Assembly (NCBI GenBank): GCA_021772755.1 | Contig: JAJFLJ010000092.1 | Coordinates: 1-54,826 of the forward strand | Direction: 5' to 3' | Source: Candidatus Sumerlaeota bacterium | GTDB lineage: Bacteria; Sumerlaeota; Sumerlaeia; SLMS01; JAHLLQ01 | Length of the DNA: 54,826 bases | Shown: positions 51,963-54,826 of the stretch, in pieces | Layout of the letters: the number at the start of each line of letters is the position of its first letter | How positions within the stretch are numbered: position 1 is the stretch's first letter | Notes under the pieces: generated by a model | Told to the model about the DNA's origin: nothing | The model's input: the letters and a program-made list of their open reading frames with translations, nothing else | The model's database searches: none | Translations under genes and position numbers: made by a program

Positions 51963-52910
51963 CTACGTCGTTTTCCACTGGCGCAGGTGCTTGAGGTACC
52001 CGATGCCAAGCCGGATGGGATTGAAGGTGACGGGCAACAGGTCCGCCTTGAGCCAGCTCGCCGGGCGCATCTCGGGGAGGGACGCCCCGACGAGTTCGAT
52101 CCGCTCCAAATCGGTGGCGCCGGCCTTCATGTCGCGCGCGGCCCGCAGGTGCGGGACCTCGTCGAACGCGTAGCCCAGCGCTTCCGAAACGATGCGGTCG
52201 ACGGCACAGAAATCCGTTCCGGCGACGACCCATCCCCACGGGTTCGGCGTGCCCTTCGTGGGTCCCATGCCCTCCATCGCGACGATGCCATCGACCAGGT
52301 GCAACTGCGCGCCGAGCGTGCGGGCGTTGTCCACCAGCATGCGCGCGAAGAGATAGCGGCTGTTTCCGACCAGGCAGTGCATCAGCGCCTTCCTGCGGCC
52401 CGGAATGCAGCCGTAGAGGTTCTTCGTGGCGCAGGTCACGACCATCTGGCAGTGGGCCTTGGCCTTGGGCAGGTTCACGAGCACGTCGGCGTCGATGGCT
52501 TCGCCGCTCTGCGGGAGCGCCTTGAACCGGCCATTGCCAAGTCCTTCGCGCACGCGGCGCACGTCGCGGAATTCGACGACCCGCCCGCCGGCCTCCGCGA
52601 GAAGTTCCGGCAGACCCATCTTGCGGGCCGCGTTCATCGCGCTGCCGAACGCCGGCGAATCCCCCACCATGACGTCCGAGGCGCCGGCCTCGCGGACGAG
52701 TCGCACGGTCTCCGCGATGAAGACGGGATGCGTGACACCGCCCGTCGCGGGGTCCATGGCACGCACGAAGTTCGGCTTCAGCAGCACGCGCTGGCCGCCG
52801 GAGACGAACGCGCCCATTCCGCCCAGAGGGGCGAGAGCGGCCTGGATGGCGGCGCGGACGGCCGCAGGGTTTTCGTAGTCGGGATGACGGACTGCGGATA
52901 CGATGGTCAT
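51963..52910 (-). CDS. DUF362 domain-containing protein
   Basis: In-frame ATG at 52910 (315 aa counted to the stop). RVLLKPNFV, THPVFIAETVRLV and LPKAKAHCQMVVTCATKNLYGCIP match the DUF362 pattern. Confidence 0.7.
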   Translation of the reverse strand: MTIVSAVRHPDYENPAAVRAAIQAALAPLGGMGAFVSGGQRVLLKPNFVRAMDPATGGVTHPVFIAETVRLVREAGASDVMVGDSPAFGSAMNAARKMGLPELLAEAGGRVVEFRDVRRVREGLGNGRFKALPQSGEAIDADVLVNLPKAKAHCQMVVTCATKNLYGCIPGRRKALMHCLVGNSRYLFARMLVDNARTLGAQLHLVDGIVAMEGMGPTKGTPNPWGWVVAGTDFCAVDRIVSEALGYAFDEVPHLRAARDMKAGATDLERIELVGASLPEMRPASWLKADLLPVTFNPIRLGIGYLKHLRQWKTT

Positions 52911-52978
52911 GCCGGGCTCCAGGTTCGTGCGTGGGGAATGAGAACGAAGCGGAGCCGATCGGTCAACGGGAAGCGCCG

Positions 52979-54220
52979 CTATCCGGGCAAAGCAGCGGGC
53001 ATGGCGCCTTTGGCACTCCTCTCCCGCAAGTGCGCGGGCACGGCCACTTCGACGGCGGGGGCGCGAAGCGTGAGGAGAATCGCCTCGGGCGGGCAAAGGA
53101 CGCGGCCGCTCGTGCGGAACGCGCCGGGGCTCGATCCGATTCCGCGCGAAACGACGAGAACGGTTTCCGGGCCGGCGTCGATCACACCTTCGAGATAGCG
53201 GTGTCCGTAGAGACTCGGAACGACGACGGCTCCGACGAGGGGGAGACAGGCCTGGCCGCCGTGATTGTGTCCGCTGAGAACCAGGTTCGCTCCGTGGCGG
53301 ACGGCGGCCGGCGTGTTGTCGGGCGTGTGACTGAGCAGCACGAGAGAATCGCCGGGGGACTTGCGCAGAAGACGCGGCCAGTTGCTGCGACGACCGCCCC
53401 ACGGGGCGTCGGTGCCGGCGAAGATCAGCCGGCGCCCGCGGCGCTCGATGGTCCAGCGGCGATCGTGCATGAGCCGAAGGCCGTGGCGGCGGCACTCCGA
53501 TCGGACAAGGCGCGGATTCGTCCAGTCGTCGTGGTTGCCGAGCACGGCGAGCGTGGCGAGACGGCCCTTCATCGTCGCGTGGAACGCGACGGAGTCGCGA
53601 ATATCGGTGCGCCGGTTCACGAAGTCCCCGGTAAACGCGACGACGTCGGCATCGAAGCCGTTGACGATCGCGGCGACGTCGCGAAACCAGGGAAGCCGTT
53701 CGTGGCGGGGATCGTAGTGCAGGTCGGACACGACGGCGATGGTCAGACCGTCGAACTCGGCGGCGAGGGAGGGAACCTCGATCTCCAGGCGCCGTTCCCG
53801 CAGGTCGCAGGTGGTCTCCAGAGGGCGCAGGATTCGCGGCAGGGCACCAGGCGGCTTCGCGATGCGCGGAACGCGGATCTGCTCGGAGACGAGACGAGCG
53901 GAGCGAACGGGCACCACCTTCCCCGCGAACCAGGAGCCGAACCGCCAGAGTGCAAAAACCCAAAGAAACCCGAAGGACAGAAAGACGGCCCTCGATTCCG
54001 GGGACCCCGGAGTCCAGGAGAGCGCGTCGGCCACGGGCGGCGACTCCGACACGAGGATCAGCGACACCAGGGGCAGCGCGATCACCAGCAACGCCGCGAG
54101 ATTCGCGATGGTGGATTTGCGCGGCGTGTCCCGCAGCAGCAGAAGGCGCCGGTTGAAGAGCTGCAGCCAGAGATGCGCGAGCCCCAGCCCGACGAGGACG
54201 AGAGTGACGACTTCGATCAA
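52979..54220 (-). CDS. Membrane-anchored calcineurin-like metallophosphoesterase
   Basis: IAVVSDLHYD, FTGDFVN, LGNHD, LLSHTP and SGHNHGGQ. TM helices lie N-terminal to these motifs. The start is ambiguous. I chose the TTG at 54220, just before TM1. The ATG at 54334 would overlap the divergent prmA start. Confidence 0.65.
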   Translation of the reverse strand: MIEVVTLVLVGLGLAHLWLQLFNRRLLLLRDTPRKSTIANLAALLVIALPLVSLILVSESPPVADALSWTPGSPESRAVFLSFGFLWVFALWRFGSWFAGKVVPVRSARLVSEQIRVPRIAKPPGALPRILRPLETTCDLRERRLEIEVPSLAAEFDGLTIAVVSDLHYDPRHERLPWFRDVAAIVNGFDADVVAFTGDFVNRRTDIRDSVAFHATMKGRLATLAVLGNHDDWTNPRLVRSECRRHGLRLMHDRRWTIERRGRRLIFAGTDAPWGGRRSNWPRLLRKSPGDSLVLLSHTPDNTPAAVRHGANLVLSGHNHGGQACLPLVGAVVVPSLYGHRYLEGVIDAGPETVLVVSRGIGSSPGAFRTSGRVLCPPEAILLTLRAPAVEVAVPAHLRERSAKGAMPAALPG

Positions 54221-54332
54221 TGGACAGGTTCCCGCATGGGAGATGGCATCGCGCGGGAGGCGGCGGAGGTCCAGCCCTGATCGCGGCAAGTGGGGGTTGT
54301 GGCCGGGATACGCCTGTGGGTTGCTCTCGCCC

Positions 54333-54826
54333 ATGAAACTCTGGCCCGTCGTCCGACTCGCCGTTCCCTCCGGCACCCCGCCGGAGACGTGGGAGATTCT
54401 CTGCTCGTTCGCGATGGACGGCGGTTGCGAGGGCATCGTGGAGGGCGCCGGCGAGCCGGTGCCGGAGGAAGCGATCCTCTACTTTCCGCCGGTGGAACGC
54501 GCGGACGGCGCCGCTCTCGACGGGGCCGTCGGGCTCGTGCGCGAACTCGCCGCACGGTGGTTCGGCGGCGAAGCGGCGCACGTCGACGGCTCGTTTCTCG
54601 GCGAGCAGGACTGGGGCGCGGCCTGGAAGTCCTTCTACCACGCCACGGAATCCGCGCCGGGCCTGTGGGTCGGCCCCCCCGAGGAGAGGGAGACCACGCT
54701 GGCGCACCATGCGGACGCGTCCTACGTCTCCATCGAGTACGCGCCCGCCTTCGGAACCGGAGGCCATCCGACCACCCGGGGATGCCTGCGCATGTTGCAG
54801 GCGAAAGCCGGCACGTACGATTCGCT
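54333..54826 (+). CDS. prmA: Ribosomal protein L11 methyltransferase (C-terminal end runs off the window)
   Basis: Absent from the ORF track (no stop in the window). My translation: MKLWPVVRLAVPSGTPPETWEILCSFAMDGGCEGIVE...GEQDWGAAWKSFYHA...SIEYAPAFGTGGHPTTRGCLRML, which is the PrmA signature. Confidence 0.8.
   Translation, partial: MKLWPVVRLAVPSGTPPETWEILCSFAMDGGCEGIVEGAGEPVPEEAILYFPPVERADGAALDGAVGLVRELAARWFGGEAAHVDGSFLGEQDWGAAWKSFYHATESAPGLWVGPPEERETTLAHHADASYVSIEYAPAFGTGGHPTTRGCLRMLQAKAGTYDS

Overview
GC-rich bacterial chromosomal window with strong GC3 bias. Stop codons are rare, so almost every real gene is shadowed by long Arg/Gly/Pro/Ala-rich ORFs in other frames (up to 2223 aa). I rejected these shadows. 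I resolve about 45 protein-coding genes. I found no rRNA, tRNA, CRISPR array, transposase or integrase. Recognisable housekeeping genes are ubiE-ubiX, rmuC, glmU-prs-rplY(ctc), speA, folE2-hemB and prmA, plus a Crp-family regulator, a sigma-54 activator, two MscS channels and a CASTOR/POLLUX-like channel. Between them lie many exported or envelope proteins: an M1 peptidase, an M14 peptidase, a degenerate PHP-fold protein, a 1048-aa three-module surface protein, a four-PDZ HtrA with a catalytically dead partner, and a GspG-like pseudopilin. The best candidate for an undescribed system is a one-strand cluster of unknowns at about 25025-33010 (minus strand), closed by a strong intrinsic terminator just upstream of glmU. 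It encodes an acidic TPR protein, a BFD-like 2Fe-2S protein and a TM-anchored Pro-rich protein. It also encodes a secreted DPFGGGGFAGGG-repeat protein, a tail-anchored helical protein and its soluble paralog, a 43-aa TM mini-protein missing from the ORF track, and a 1066-aa lipoprotein built from about 8 helical repeats. Second-tier items are an HtrA/pseudo-HtrA pair followed by an orphan STAS/RsbW-like partner-switching pair and an orphan sigma-54 activator, and two MscS genes flanking a receiver-DUF4388 protein. All family names come from motif recognition in the supplied translations and my own translation of two genes that run off the window. No database search or structure prediction was run, and start codons are inferred from frame arithmetic, signal peptides and SD-like sequences.
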